DNA of 48,531 bases, from the NCBI GenBank assembly GCA_046761065.1, contig JBHIFL010000026.1:1-48531 (forward strand), given 5' to 3'. The position numbers and the translations under genes were made by a program. A model generated the notes under the pieces. The model saw only the letters and a program-made list of their open reading frames with translations, was not told where the DNA came from and searched no databases. Positions within the stretch are counted from its first letter, which is position 1. Each line of letters starts with the position of its first letter. Source of the DNA: Candidatus Heimdallarchaeota archaeon. Lineage in GTDB: Archaea > Asgardarchaeota > Wukongarchaeia > Wukongarchaeales > JBHIFL01. Below are positions 20,130-29,966 of the stretch, piece by piece.

Positions 20130-21242
20130 GTGGTGGATTCATTGGTTGATCCTAGAATTGAAAAACTTGCCAAACTGTGTGTTCAGTATAGTGTGGCAGT
20201 ACAACCTAAAGAAAACGTGCTGATCCAAGGGATAGATTTAGCCTTTCCTCTAATAAATGAACTTTATAAAGAATGCCTCTTAAACGGAGCTTATCCCGAG
20301 ATTATCCCCCGCTTGGATGTGGACTACACATTTTTCAAGCATGCGAAAGAGCACCAACTCCGATTTGTATCCCCCCTCCAAAAGTTCATCATAGAAAACA
20401 TTGATGTGTCGATAGGGATCTATTGCGAACCAAACCCTAAACGCCTAACCTCGATCGACCCCGAGAAAATTAAGGTTCGGAGAGCCTCTCAAAGAGAGCT
20501 TACAGAAATCTATCTTAAACGCATGGCCGAAGGAAAATTCCGCTGGACCGGTGTGCCTTATCCCATCAATGCACAAGCCCAAGAAGCATCTATGTCGCTT
20601 GCCGAATTCGAAGACCACGTATACAGCAGCTGTTTAGTGGATAAGGAGGATCCTATTGCAGAGTGGACGAGCATCCATCAGCAACAGGCGAAAATTTGCA
20701 AATCCTTAAACCATGTAAGCGAACTCCGTTTCGTAGGCGAAGACACACATCTTACTCTCAGGATTCAGGGTAGGAAGTGGATTAACTGTAGTGGAAAGTA
20801 CAACATGCCAGATGGTGAGGTGTTCACGAGTCCCCTCGAAGATTCTGCCAACGGTTCCATACGGTTCACGTTCCCAGGTATCTATGCTGGGCGAGAAATT
20901 GAAGATATCACCCTTACCTTTAAAGAGGGCAAAGTCGTGAAGGCGTCCGCGGTTAAAGGCGATGACCTGTTACAGCAACTTTTGAAGATAGAAGGCGCAG
21001 ACCGGATTGGGGAAGTTGCTATCGGTACCAACTATGGCATTACCCAATTCACAAAAAACATGCTGTTCGATGAAAAAATGGGTGGCACCATCCATTTAGC
21101 CCTTGGATTCAATCCCCTCCCAGAGACTGGTGGCCAAAACAAATCCGCCCTTCATTGGGACATCTTGAAAGACATGAAAAAAGATGGCGAAATCTACGCC
21201 GACGGCCAGTTATTCTACAAAAACGGCGAGTTCATTCAATAA
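20130..21242 (+). CDS. M29 aminopeptidase, copy 2 (conserved Tyr motif altered)
   Basis: Same metal-ligand motifs as copy 1, but HLALGFNPLPE replaces HIALGNSYPE. Confidence 0.92.
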   Translation: MVDSLVDPRIEKLAKLCVQYSVAVQPKENVLIQGIDLAFPLINELYKECLLNGAYPEIIPRLDVDYTFFKHAKEHQLRFVSPLQKFIIENIDVSIGIYCEPNPKRLTSIDPEKIKVRRASQRELTEIYLKRMAEGKFRWTGVPYPINAQAQEASMSLAEFEDHVYSSCLVDKEDPIAEWTSIHQQQAKICKSLNHVSELRFVGEDTHLTLRIQGRKWINCSGKYNMPDGEVFTSPLEDSANGSIRFTFPGIYAGREIEDITLTFKEGKVVKASAVKGDDLLQQLLKIEGADRIGEVAIGTNYGITQFTKNMLFDEKMGGTIHLALGFNPLPETGGQNKSALHWDILKDMKKDGEIYADGQLFYKNGEFIQ

Positions 21243-21345
21243 CAAGGTTAAGTGATATAGGAATTTCGCTCTCTTATCTATTAGACAAGAGGGCAATCGT
21301 TCGCTTGACAGGACTCCCAATCTAGTGATGATCTCCCATTCGATA

Positions 21346-22263
21346 TTAGTCTTTCTGATAGGGTTGCCCAATGGCTGCTGGGGGAATTGCCCGTCGGACC
21401 GCCCCCGCTAGAACCGCGATTGTCAAGATAAAGGGAATCATCTGAATGAAATAACTGGCTCCCGCAATCTCTGTCATTTGTTGCACACGGATCTGGAGGG
21501 CGTCCGTAAATCCGAAAAAGAGACTGGCAAGGAAAACATAGAGCGGATTCCATTTTCCAAAGATGTTGGCTGCTAGAGCGATGAATCCACGGCCCGTCGT
21601 CATGTTTTTGGTGAATAAGTTGAGGTGTCCAATGGATAGGTAGGCCCCACCAAGGCCACAGAGAGCTCCACTTATGAGCACTCCTATATAGCGGATTTTA
21701 TATACATTCACCCCAGCAGTATCGAGAGCCCTTGGGTGCTCTCCAGCAGCTCTAATTCTGAGCCCGAGGGGTGTTTTGAACATGAGGAAGTAGGCAGCTG
21801 GAACCACTAATAGGGTTATGTAAATCAATGGATTTAGTCTACCAAGAAACCCAATCACTGGCAGTTCCTTGAGGGTCGGGATGCTCAAGTCCTTAATCTT
21901 TGGAACGGGATCCCCGGCGCCGGTTCGCTTCCAAATAACTCGCAACATTGTTGTTGTAAACCCTAGCGCGAACAGGTTGATCGCCACTCCAACCACGATC
22001 TGGTTGGCCTCGTAATGAATACAGAGGATTGCAAAGATCGCTGATAGCAGCATCCCCGCTAAAATCGCTACGAGGACTCCTATCCAAGGTCCGATGTACC
22101 ATGATGTGGCTGCGGCGGCAAACGCACCAAAAAGTAACAATCCCTCCATCGCTATGTTTACAACGCCGGTTCGCTCACAGAAGGAAGCTCCAATAGCCGC
22201 GAGGGCAATAGGAGTGGTCAATTGGAGGGTGGCAATGATGAGTTGCTGATCAATAAATGCCAT
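21346..22263 (-). CDS. Nucleoside/simple-sugar ABC permease (NupC/YufQ-like)
   Basis: ERTGVVNIAMEG, GLRIRAAGEHP..D.AG and GRGFIALAA.IFGKW. Confidence 0.92.
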   Translation of the reverse strand: MAFIDQQLIIATLQLTTPIALAAIGASFCERTGVVNIAMEGLLLFGAFAAAATSWYIGPWIGVLVAILAGMLLSAIFAILCIHYEANQIVVGVAINLFALGFTTTMLRVIWKRTGAGDPVPKIKDLSIPTLKELPVIGFLGRLNPLIYITLLVVPAAYFLMFKTPLGLRIRAAGEHPRALDTAGVNVYKIRYIGVLISGALCGLGGAYLSIGHLNLFTKNMTTGRGFIALAANIFGKWNPLYVFLASLFFGFTDALQIRVQQMTEIAGASYFIQMIPFILTIAVLAGAVRRAIPPAAIGQPYQKD

Positions 22264-22268
22264 ATCGA

Positions 22269-23348
22269 CTATTCCTCCTTTTTCAACATCAAGATAATCC
22301 GAATGATTTGGGGGGCTGCGACAAATAGAATAATGATTGCTTGGACAACAAAGATCATTTCAATGGGGACTCCCGCTCGCATCTGCATTTCCATGCCTCC
22401 ACTTTTGAGCGCACCGAATAGAAACGCTGCCAAGATTGTTCCAATTGCTGTATTTCTTCCAAGGACGGCCACCGCGATTCCATCAAACCCTAGACCCCTG
22501 GAAAAGCCAACGATGAAATGGCGATGTGTGCCTAAGACTTCACTTCCTCCTGCGACTCCACTGAACATTCCACTGATGAACATTGCGAGGATGATGTTCT
22601 TCGATACAGAAATGCCCCCATACTCTGCGGCTGCGGGATTCAGGCCGGTGGCGCGGATTTCATATCCTAGTTTCGTTCTTGTAAGGATAAGATGCATGAT
22701 GATCGCGCAGATGAGCGCAACAAAGATACCTGCGCTGGCAAGGCTTTTAGGAGAGAATCTGAAAAGTTCTGCACTAGGTAGAATATCTCGTGTTTTATCC
22801 ACCCACTGATACTTCCCTGGCTCTTTCAATGGCCCTGAAGCCAAGTAGGTTGTGAATAGGATTGCTATATAATTCATCATGATGGTTATGATGACTTCAT
22901 GGGCCCCAAGCTTGGCTTTTAACGCTCCGGGGATCGCCGACCAAAGACCTCCGACAAGGGCAGCAGTCACTAGCGCCAGAGGAATATGAATCAATTTGGG
23001 GGGTGCAATGGTATAGCCAACAATAGCTGTCGCCATCGCTGCCAAATACAATTGTCCTTCACCGCCGATGTTGAATAATCCCGCTTGAAATGCGAACGCC
23101 ACACATAACCCTGTCAGAAGAAGAGGTGTTGTTTTCTCAAGAGTTCTCATAAGATTTAAGCGGTTTCCCCCCATGCCCTGTAACAGAGATTTGAGTGACA
23201 GAACTGGGTCAAAATCCATCGCCCATAGGAAAATGAAGGCTATCACAAGGGAAAGGGGAACTGCCAGAATCGAAACGAACACCTCTTCAATTCTCTCTGG
23301 TTGTTTGAGGAGGATTCCCAAGAATCGCTTTCTCTTTGATGGTCTCAT
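22269..23348 (-). CDS. Nucleoside/simple-sugar ABC permease (NupB/YufP-like)
   Basis: AGLFNIGGEGQ, HEVIITIMMNY, GYEIRATGLN and GFDGIAVAVLG. Confidence 0.92.
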   Translation of the reverse strand: MRPSKRKRFLGILLKQPERIEEVFVSILAVPLSLVIAFIFLWAMDFDPVLSLKSLLQGMGGNRLNLMRTLEKTTPLLLTGLCVAFAFQAGLFNIGGEGQLYLAAMATAIVGYTIAPPKLIHIPLALVTAALVGGLWSAIPGALKAKLGAHEVIITIMMNYIAILFTTYLASGPLKEPGKYQWVDKTRDILPSAELFRFSPKSLASAGIFVALICAIIMHLILTRTKLGYEIRATGLNPAAAEYGGISVSKNIILAMFISGMFSGVAGGSEVLGTHRHFIVGFSRGLGFDGIAVAVLGRNTAIGTILAAFLFGALKSGGMEMQMRAGVPIEMIFVVQAIIILFVAAPQIIRIILMLKKEE

Positions 23349-23355
23349 CTTGCTC

Positions 23356-24879
23356 CTAGCCTCCGTTGGTTCCTAGTTGCTGACCAGCCATCATGAGGCC
23401 TAATTCTTCTGGAGTGGTCTTTTCAGGATCTCGAATGCCTACAATCTCCCCTTCGTACATTACTGCGATCCTGTCACTTAAAGAAAAAATTTCATCGAGA
23501 TCTGCGGAAACTAAAAGGATCCCTTTCCTAAGATCACGCATTTTAACCAGCGTTTTATGAACGTACTCGATGCATCCCACATCTAATCCTCTTGTGGGTT
23601 GATTAGCGATCACTAACTCTGGGTTTCGACTTAATTCCCGTGCTACAATGAGTTTTTGCTGATTTCCGCCTGATAGATACCGAACTAAGGTCTCTCTAGA
23701 AGGTGTCCGAATATCAAACTCCTTGATAGCTTGTTCCGAAAAACGAGCTGCCTCATCCCAATTGAGAAGAATGCCGTTTGAAAAGGGTGGCCGATAATGT
23801 TCGCCAAGAATCAAGTTCTCCATCACTGAGAAGGGTGTTACCAGACCCCGCAGCAATCGATCTTCAGGGATATGGGCTATTCTCGATTTAAAAATCTGAC
23901 GTGGCGTGAAATTGGTCACATCTTTTCCTAAAATCGTCACTGTCCCACTTTCGGCACGTCTCAAACCCGTTAGAACTTCTACAAATTCGGTTTGCCCGTT
24001 TCCTTGGACTCCGGCAATACCCAGAATCTCTCCCCGACGCACGCGTAGACTAACACCCCGTACAACTGGGTGATTTCGATCATCTCTCGCATACAGATTC
24101 CTCACGTCCAACAAGACTTCTGTTGCTTTCAACTGCTCTTTCTGAACCCTCAGAACAACGTCCCTACCCACCATCATTCTCGCAAGTTCTTCGGGGCTCG
24201 TCTCCTGTGTATTAACGGTTCCTATGGATTTGCCGTCCCTAAGGACAGTGATCCGATCTGTAACCGCCAAGACCTCATTGAGCTTATGGGAAATATAGAT
24301 GATCGTGTTTCCTTGTTTTTTTAAATTGTTCATGGTTTTAAAAAGCTCTTCTACCTCTTGAGGTGTCAAAACAGAGGTAGGTTCGTCCAAAACAAGCAAT
24401 GAAGCTCCTCTATAAAGCGTTTTAATGATTTCCACTCGTTGTTGAACCCCAACGGGCAAATTTTGAATGAGTGCATGAGGATTAATTGTTAGCCGATATT
24501 CTTCCGAGAATTTTTTAATCTTGGCAGCAGCAGTGGCAAGATCAAGTCTGAATCCTTTTTTCGGCTCCATCCCTAAAATAATATTTTCTACCACACTTAA
24601 AACTGGAATTAATTGGAAATGTTGATGAACCATCCCGATGCCCAGGGCAATGGCATCTCGTGGTGTTTGAATCTCAACAGGTCTTCCTCGAAGGATGATC
24701 TCGCCAGAATCTGGGAGATAAAGACCATATAAGATGTTCATCAACGTCGTTTTTCCCGCTCCATTCTCCCCTAACAAACCAAGGATCTCTCCCTTCTCTA
24801 CTTCAAGTTTAATGTGATCATTAGCTAGAACTCCCGGGAATTTCTTAGTTATCCCCCTCATTTCAAGTTCTGGCCCCAT
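23356..24879 (-). CDS. CUT2-family double-domain ABC ATPase (NupA/YufO-like)
   Basis: GENGAGKT, GIGMVHQHF, LDEPT, LSGGNQQK and QPTRGLD. Confidence 0.95.
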   Translation of the reverse strand: MGPELEMRGITKKFPGVLANDHIKLEVEKGEILGLLGENGAGKTTLMNILYGLYLPDSGEIILRGRPVEIQTPRDAIALGIGMVHQHFQLIPVLSVVENIILGMEPKKGFRLDLATAAAKIKKFSEEYRLTINPHALIQNLPVGVQQRVEIIKTLYRGASLLVLDEPTSVLTPQEVEELFKTMNNLKKQGNTIIYISHKLNEVLAVTDRITVLRDGKSIGTVNTQETSPEELARMMVGRDVVLRVQKEQLKATEVLLDVRNLYARDDRNHPVVRGVSLRVRRGEILGIAGVQGNGQTEFVEVLTGLRRAESGTVTILGKDVTNFTPRQIFKSRIAHIPEDRLLRGLVTPFSVMENLILGEHYRPPFSNGILLNWDEAARFSEQAIKEFDIRTPSRETLVRYLSGGNQQKLIVARELSRNPELVIANQPTRGLDVGCIEYVHKTLVKMRDLRKGILLVSADLDEIFSLSDRIAVMYEGEIVGIRDPEKTTPEELGLMMAGQQLGTNGG

Positions 24880-24922
24880 CTACTTATCCTCTTTTTGTTA
24901 ACTGCTTGTGATGTCTCCTTAG

Positions 24923-25002
24923 AAAAAAAATTGAATCCGATGCTTTCGAGCTTTCTGCAGCGCATATTCTTATGTTAGGATCTATCCCGAAAACATCGAA
25001 TC
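24923..25002 (-). promoter_or_regulatory. Intra-operon RNA stem-loop (17 bp, 4 G-U pairs) followed by U8; candidate attenuator or mRNA-stability element
   Basis: Minus-strand GAUUCGAUGUUUUCGGG (25002-24986) pairs fully with CUCGAAAGCAUCGGAUU (24950-24934). U8 lies at 24930-24923. Confidence 0.65.
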
Positions 25003-25068
25003 ATTTTCTTAGGTTCAGGGCTTATTTTAGGCGTTGTTGTGTTAGATAGGTTAGGTTGTGAATACTTG

Positions 25069-26178
25069 CTACTCGGTTGGTGGTACGGGGACTTCGATCT
25101 CGCCATTGGCAATTGCATCTCTTAAGGCCTCTATTTGGGCGATCTGGTCGGGAGTGTGAAAGCGTGACAAGTGTTCACAGATTCCTACTCCGTTTTCTGC
25201 AATCCCTAGTTCCATGATCCCCGTGCTCCACGTTCCTTCAATGACGTCGGCAATGGATTGATTAACAGATAAATCGACCATCTTCAACATGCTCGCTGCC
25301 ATGCGTACGTAGCCCGCAAGGCACACATCTGAGTCAACTCCGATGCTATACGCGTTTGTGGTCGCTTCCACAGCTTGCCATGCTCCGATACCACTGCGCC
25401 CAGCAGCAGCATAGATGACATCTACGTCTTGAGCAAGTAAATCTTCAGCCAATGTTTTTCCTTTTGGGATGTCTGCCCAAGCACCAACAAAGGTCGATAT
25501 CACTTCCACATCCGGATTGACATATTCTGCACCAAATCGATAGCCCCATAAGAACTTCTGAATAAGCCAAATATCCATTCCACCGACAAACCCGATTTTG
25601 TTAGTTTTTGTCAGGAACCCTGCTGCCGCTCCAACAAGAGCCGAGCCTTCATGTTCTCTATAGACTATAGATCGGATATTATTCTCTGGAAGGTCTGGAA
25701 ACACGACCATGTCTATAATCGCATATTTCTGGTCAGGATAAAGCTCTGCAGTGGCTTTCAACGCATCCGCTTGGTCAAAACCAATCGAGATAATTAGATC
25801 GAATTCACCCCTTTCGGCGTAAGCTTTCAGATATCCATCGTAATCGGCGATTTCAAATGGTTCTACATATTCGAAATAGATATTGTAAGCCGATCTTGCA
25901 TACATGAGCCCACGGAACGCTGCGTCATTAAAGGACTGGTCTCCAAGACCTCCTGTTGCAAACACAATGGCCACTTTTGCATCGTATTCGCCAGGTGGCG
26001 CTTTTGTCTCGGTGACGACCTTTGTCTCGGTTTGTATTCCGGTCTCGGTGACTACCTCGGTTATAGTTGCTGGTTTTTCTTCTTGGCCAATACATCCCGA
26101 CAGGGCAAGCATGCCAAAAACAAAAGCAAATACTATTGCCAAACCCCAGATTGACCGCCGTATTGTATTTCGATCCAT
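25069..26178 (-). CDS. BMP-family (PnrA/TmpC-like) nucleoside-binding lipoprotein
   Basis: Lipobox LSGCIG; GGLGDQSFND, EHEGSALVG, KIGFVGG and IGVDSD. Confidence 0.93.
   Translation of the reverse strand: MDRNTIRRSIWGLAIVFAFVFGMLALSGCIGQEEKPATITEVVTETGIQTETKVVTETKAPPGEYDAKVAIVFATGGLGDQSFNDAAFRGLMYARSAYNIYFEYVEPFEIADYDGYLKAYAERGEFDLIISIGFDQADALKATAELYPDQKYAIIDMVVFPDLPENNIRSIVYREHEGSALVGAAAGFLTKTNKIGFVGGMDIWLIQKFLWGYRFGAEYVNPDVEVISTFVGAWADIPKGKTLAEDLLAQDVDVIYAAAGRSGIGAWQAVEATTNAYSIGVDSDVCLAGYVRMAASMLKMVDLSVNQSIADVIEGTWSTGIMELGIAENGVGICEHLSRFHTPDQIAQIEALRDAIANGEIEVPVPPTE
26003..26061 (-). repeat. Short intragenic repeat encoding a Thr/Glu/Val-rich linker
   Basis: ACCGAG occurs four times at 12-15 nt spacing and GTCACCGAGAC twice; encodes TEVVTETGIQTETKVVTETK. 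Confidence 0.7.
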
Positions 26179-26454
26179 TTATGGTCCTCTTCTTTTTCAT
26201 CTTATTTTGAATTGATTCTGTAATAAAAGCATTAAAAACTTTGTGGGTTAAAAAATTCTCATTCTACTCTATTATTTTAATAAAAACTCTTCTTAACTTG
26301 CCCAATCCCCTACCTGAACCAATGTAATGTTTTAGATAAGGGTGCAAAGGGTAGAGTAATAGAACGAGGGTAGTTTATGTTCCCGTCAAAATAGGTAAAT
26401 GCACTTCCTCAAGTTAATTTGAAACTAATCCCACAGCGGAGGTTTGGAACGAGG

Positions 26455-27642
26455 ATGGATCCGAAGATCCGTAAAGATAAATTGGAACTTGCTATCCGTA
26501 CATTATCAGAACTAGATATCGATTTATGGCTTGTTCTCACTAGGGAGAATAATCTAGATCCAATTTCCGAAGAAATCGGGGCAGAGACCGTCGTGGGGAA
26601 AGCTGCATTCCTCTTCACAAAAGAAGGAGAAAAGATAGCGCTTACAGCTAGTTATGATAAAGAAGCGATTCAAGTTACGCAACTCTATGATAAGATACTC
26701 GGTTACGAGAAAGAAGGGTTATCTCCGCCTCTTCGGGAGGAGATTGACCGGATAAACCCCCAACAAATCGCCTTAAATATTAGTGAAGAATCGCCAATAT
26801 GCGATGGACTAACCGTGGGACTTCGGAACATTCTAGAACGTACCCTGTCGACGTATGTGGATCGGTTTACTTCTGCAGAAGAGATCATTGTAACGTTGAG
26901 AAGCATCAAAACGAAAGAAGAGATTACACGAACGAAAAAAGCGGTAGGAATCACTGTGAAAATCCTTGAAGAGGTTGCCGACTTTACAAAACTCGGGATG
27001 AATGAGATAGATGTGGCTCAATTCGCGAAAGAACGAATGGCTGAGTTAAAATTAGGTCCAGCATGGCCGAAAGAGATGTGTCCCACTGTAACAATCGGGG
27101 CGCATCCGGCAGGGCATCTGGGACCGCAAACACACTACCAGTTAAAACGAGGTGATCTAATGCGCCTCGATTTTGGGGTCAAATATAAGGGCTATTGTGC
27201 GGATGTCCAGCGGGTTTATTTTGCTTTGCAACACGGGGAAACTTCCCCACCGGAAAGATTGCGTCATATGTTCCAAACAGCAAGAGCCGCTCAAGACGCA
27301 GGACTCGCTCTTCTAAGACCTGGGGCACGTGGAGTAGATGTGGATGCGATGGCTCGGAAAGTCGTCGTCGAAGCCGGCTATCCCGAGTATATCCACGGAT
27401 ATGGGCATTGTCTAGGGCGGACGGCGCACGAAGTCGGTCCACTCCTCGGCCCTGACTGGCCAGAACGCTACTCCCGCAAGAATATTTACAGGCCGATCCA
27501 AGAAAGTCAAATATTTACGGCTGAGCCAAGTGTGATGCATGCAAGTATCGGGTCGATCAACCTTGAAGATGATGTAATCGTGCGAAAAGACGGGGTGGAA
27601 CGCCTTTCGGGCCCACAAGAAGACTTTTTCTTAATAAGTTGA
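26455..27642 (+). CDS. M24-family Xaa-Pro peptidase (creatinase N-domain + pita-bread domain)
   Basis: RSIKTKEE, LDFG..YCAD, HGYGH.LG..HE, AEP and LEDD. ATG26455 is preferred. Confidence 0.9.
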   Translation: MDPKIRKDKLELAIRTLSELDIDLWLVLTRENNLDPISEEIGAETVVGKAAFLFTKEGEKIALTASYDKEAIQVTQLYDKILGYEKEGLSPPLREEIDRINPQQIALNISEESPICDGLTVGLRNILERTLSTYVDRFTSAEEIIVTLRSIKTKEEITRTKKAVGITVKILEEVADFTKLGMNEIDVAQFAKERMAELKLGPAWPKEMCPTVTIGAHPAGHLGPQTHYQLKRGDLMRLDFGVKYKGYCADVQRVYFALQHGETSPPERLRHMFQTARAAQDAGLALLRPGARGVDVDAMARKVVVEAGYPEYIHGYGHCLGRTAHEVGPLLGPDWPERYSRKNIYRPIQESQIFTAEPSVMHASIGSINLEDDVIVRKDGVERLSGPQEDFFLIS

Positions 27643-27739
27643 AGCGTTCTCTTAGTATTTGGGTAAGAGTTAATTGAAAGGCGGAGTATCTGACTTTCTA
27701 CAAATGAAAATACTCCCCTACCTCTTCTAAAACCCAAGT

Positions 27740-29014
27740 TCAGTGTTTGTCTTGAAGGGAAAGCCAATCTTTTGCGCCTGAAATCATTTGGGAAGGTTTC
27801 ACGTTCTGGCTTGATAAACTCTGTTTTACGGCGAAATAGAACGTCAGGGTTGAGAGGGCATAAAAAACAGCCGTTAAATTGAAGGAGGGAGCAAATCCTT
27901 GAGCTTGGATCCACCGCCCAGAGACTGGGGGGGTGATTAGATAGCCGCCACTCCAACACAAATCCCATAGACTCCCTCCTTTACCACGATTCTTCTCTTC
28001 GAGAATACTCATCGTCATTGAGGAAAATACTGGCCACGCAATACCCAAGAAAACTCCGCGAGCAATGAAAGCGATCATGGCGAGCAAAAGACTTTTTCTT
28101 TCTAAAGCGAGGAACAACATCGGAGGAATTAAAAGGCTTTGAGTCAAACAAACTGTCGTAACCTTACCTAGCTTTTTTGCAATTCCCGGAGCCGTAAGAG
28201 ATGTTCCTGCCATTAGAACGGACGAAAGAAATCGAAGTAAATTGTTCAAGGACGGGGGCACTTGAAAAAGGATGACAAAATAGAGAGGGAAGAAATCAAA
28301 GACCATTCCTGTCCCCAGTCCCAAAAAGAAGTTAGCGCTCAGGAAACCTAGGAACCCCACATTTGTTTTTGTAAAGAGTTCGGAAAAACTACCCGTATCT
28401 CTCCCTACCTCTCCCCCTCGCTCAATATATTTGGGGTTGCGAATGAAGACGTAGAAGCCTAATGCTAACAAACTGCAAACGGTTCCAAATTTGTATGTCA
28501 TACTTAAAATCGGTCGAGTATAAACATCACCAAAGAGTTTGAAGTACCCTATACCGAGAAGGGCTCCTACGGCATCAGGAAGGAGGTGTGACAATACACC
28601 CACTGAAAAGGCAGAGATATTAGGCATTCCATCTGGAGTTAGGTTCTCATTAGCTAGGATTACGTACCATGCGCCTGTGGCAAGTCCCCAAGCCGCCCCA
28701 CTCAGGACAGAATAGATCCCGATCAAATGCCAAGAAGTTGCGATACTCAAAATGAGAAAACTCCCGCAATCTGCGAAGCCTGCTACTAGCAAAGCGAATT
28801 TCGGCCCAAAGTTGTCCGAAAACCAGCCCCCCGGAATCATGACTGTGACTAATGTCGCAATCTTTAAAAAGACAAGTAAACCGAATTCGGATGAGTTGGC
28901 ACCTAATATTTCTACGTATAAAGGATAATTTGGCATGGTGAACCCGTAAGCGAAGCTGGTCGCTGTCATACCGCCCACTAAGAGAAGGGTGTTGCGCGAG
29001 AAGCTCCAAGTCAT
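27740..29014 (-). CDS. MFS transporter
   Basis: About 12 hydrophobic segments; GGWFSDNFGPK (motif A-like) and KKLGK repeat loop. Confidence 0.88.
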   Translation of the reverse strand: MTWSFSRNTLLLVGGMTATSFAYGFTMPNYPLYVEILGANSSEFGLLVFLKIATLVTVMIPGGWFSDNFGPKFALLVAGFADCGSFLILSIATSWHLIGIYSVLSGAAWGLATGAWYVILANENLTPDGMPNISAFSVGVLSHLLPDAVGALLGIGYFKLFGDVYTRPILSMTYKFGTVCSLLALGFYVFIRNPKYIERGGEVGRDTGSFSELFTKTNVGFLGFLSANFFLGLGTGMVFDFFPLYFVILFQVPPSLNNLLRFLSSVLMAGTSLTAPGIAKKLGKVTTVCLTQSLLIPPMLFLALERKSLLLAMIAFIARGVFLGIAWPVFSSMTMSILEEKNRGKGGSLWDLCWSGGYLITPPVSGRWIQAQGFAPSFNLTAVFYALSTLTFYFAVKQSLSSQNVKPSQMISGAKDWLSLQDKH

Positions 29015-29331
29015 GATTCTTCGCTCTATACGTTTATTGTTCCTTCTTTTTTGTGATCAAATCGGTTTATATTTCCCAAATCGAGTAATAGTCAACAATT
29101 GGCTTATTTTCAGCTATGTACTGGTAGTAAATCTAGCTGACTTCGGGTAAAATGAATACCTCAAAGATCTTATGGCATGAGCATAGTTAAACTTATTCAA
29201 GAAATGGCAGGTTTACATTCGGTTTAAACCTCAGAAAAGCTTCCGATGTGAATGATCTCAGCATAACCGTATTTTAAAATACAAAATTATTTCACTGAAA
29301 GTAAAATCTTAAAATTTATGGGGGAATCCAA

Positions 29332-29814
29332 TTGAAATTAACATTATCTGAAAAACCAGCAAGTTTTAAAGGTTTAAGCAAGGGTATTCTTCCAAAAGAG
29401 GTGAAGCTCGCATTGGGCGAGACAAGCCAACATCCACTCATAGTGACGATTTTAGTTGTTTTTCATGCCCTTTGGGGGATCCTAACGATCATTACAGGAT
29501 TCACTCTAATGGTTGTGCCGAATACCTCTGAACGGTTTCAAAAAATCGTAGAACGGTTAAGTGGTTCAATTGGTATTGGTTTAATTGGTTTTGTCCTACT
29601 ATTATTTGGTATTGTTTCACTGTCTTTAAGTTGGGCTTTCTGGTTTTTGAAACCGTGGGCTTGGACCATTGCCTTAATTTTAGTTGTATTCGCCATGATT
29701 TTTGAAGTAACAACATCAGACTGGGCGGATCTAGGACTTAGTCTCTTTATTTTTCTTTGCTTATTTCATCCAACTACTACTACAATTTATGAACAGCATA
29801 TTTTGAAGATTTGA
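29332..29814 (+). CDS. Uncharacterised 4-TM membrane protein
   Basis: HPLIVTIL...FWFLKPWAW pattern with four hydrophobic helices. Start uncertain. Confidence 0.6.
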   Translation: MKLTLSEKPASFKGLSKGILPKEVKLALGETSQHPLIVTILVVFHALWGILTIITGFTLMVVPNTSERFQKIVERLSGSIGIGLIGFVLLLFGIVSLSLSWAFWFLKPWAWTIALILVVFAMIFEVTTSDWADLGLSLFIFLCLFHPTTTTIYEQHILKI

Positions 29815-29966
29815 AGAACTTTTCGAGATCCTATCTCTATATTTCGTCAATCTGTTTGGGCACGCTTAGCATCAAATCTCTTTGGTCAATTTATAGGGTG
29901 TTTTCATTAAGGCAACGGTTGGACTACTCCTTCCATGATCTCCTTAAAATTTTCAAAGTTTTTTTT

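Noticed and set aside
3571-21242. Diversity-generating retroelement behind the near-identical repeats
   Set aside because: The repeats are whole-gene duplications, the differences are not adenine-specific, and no reverse transcriptase is present.
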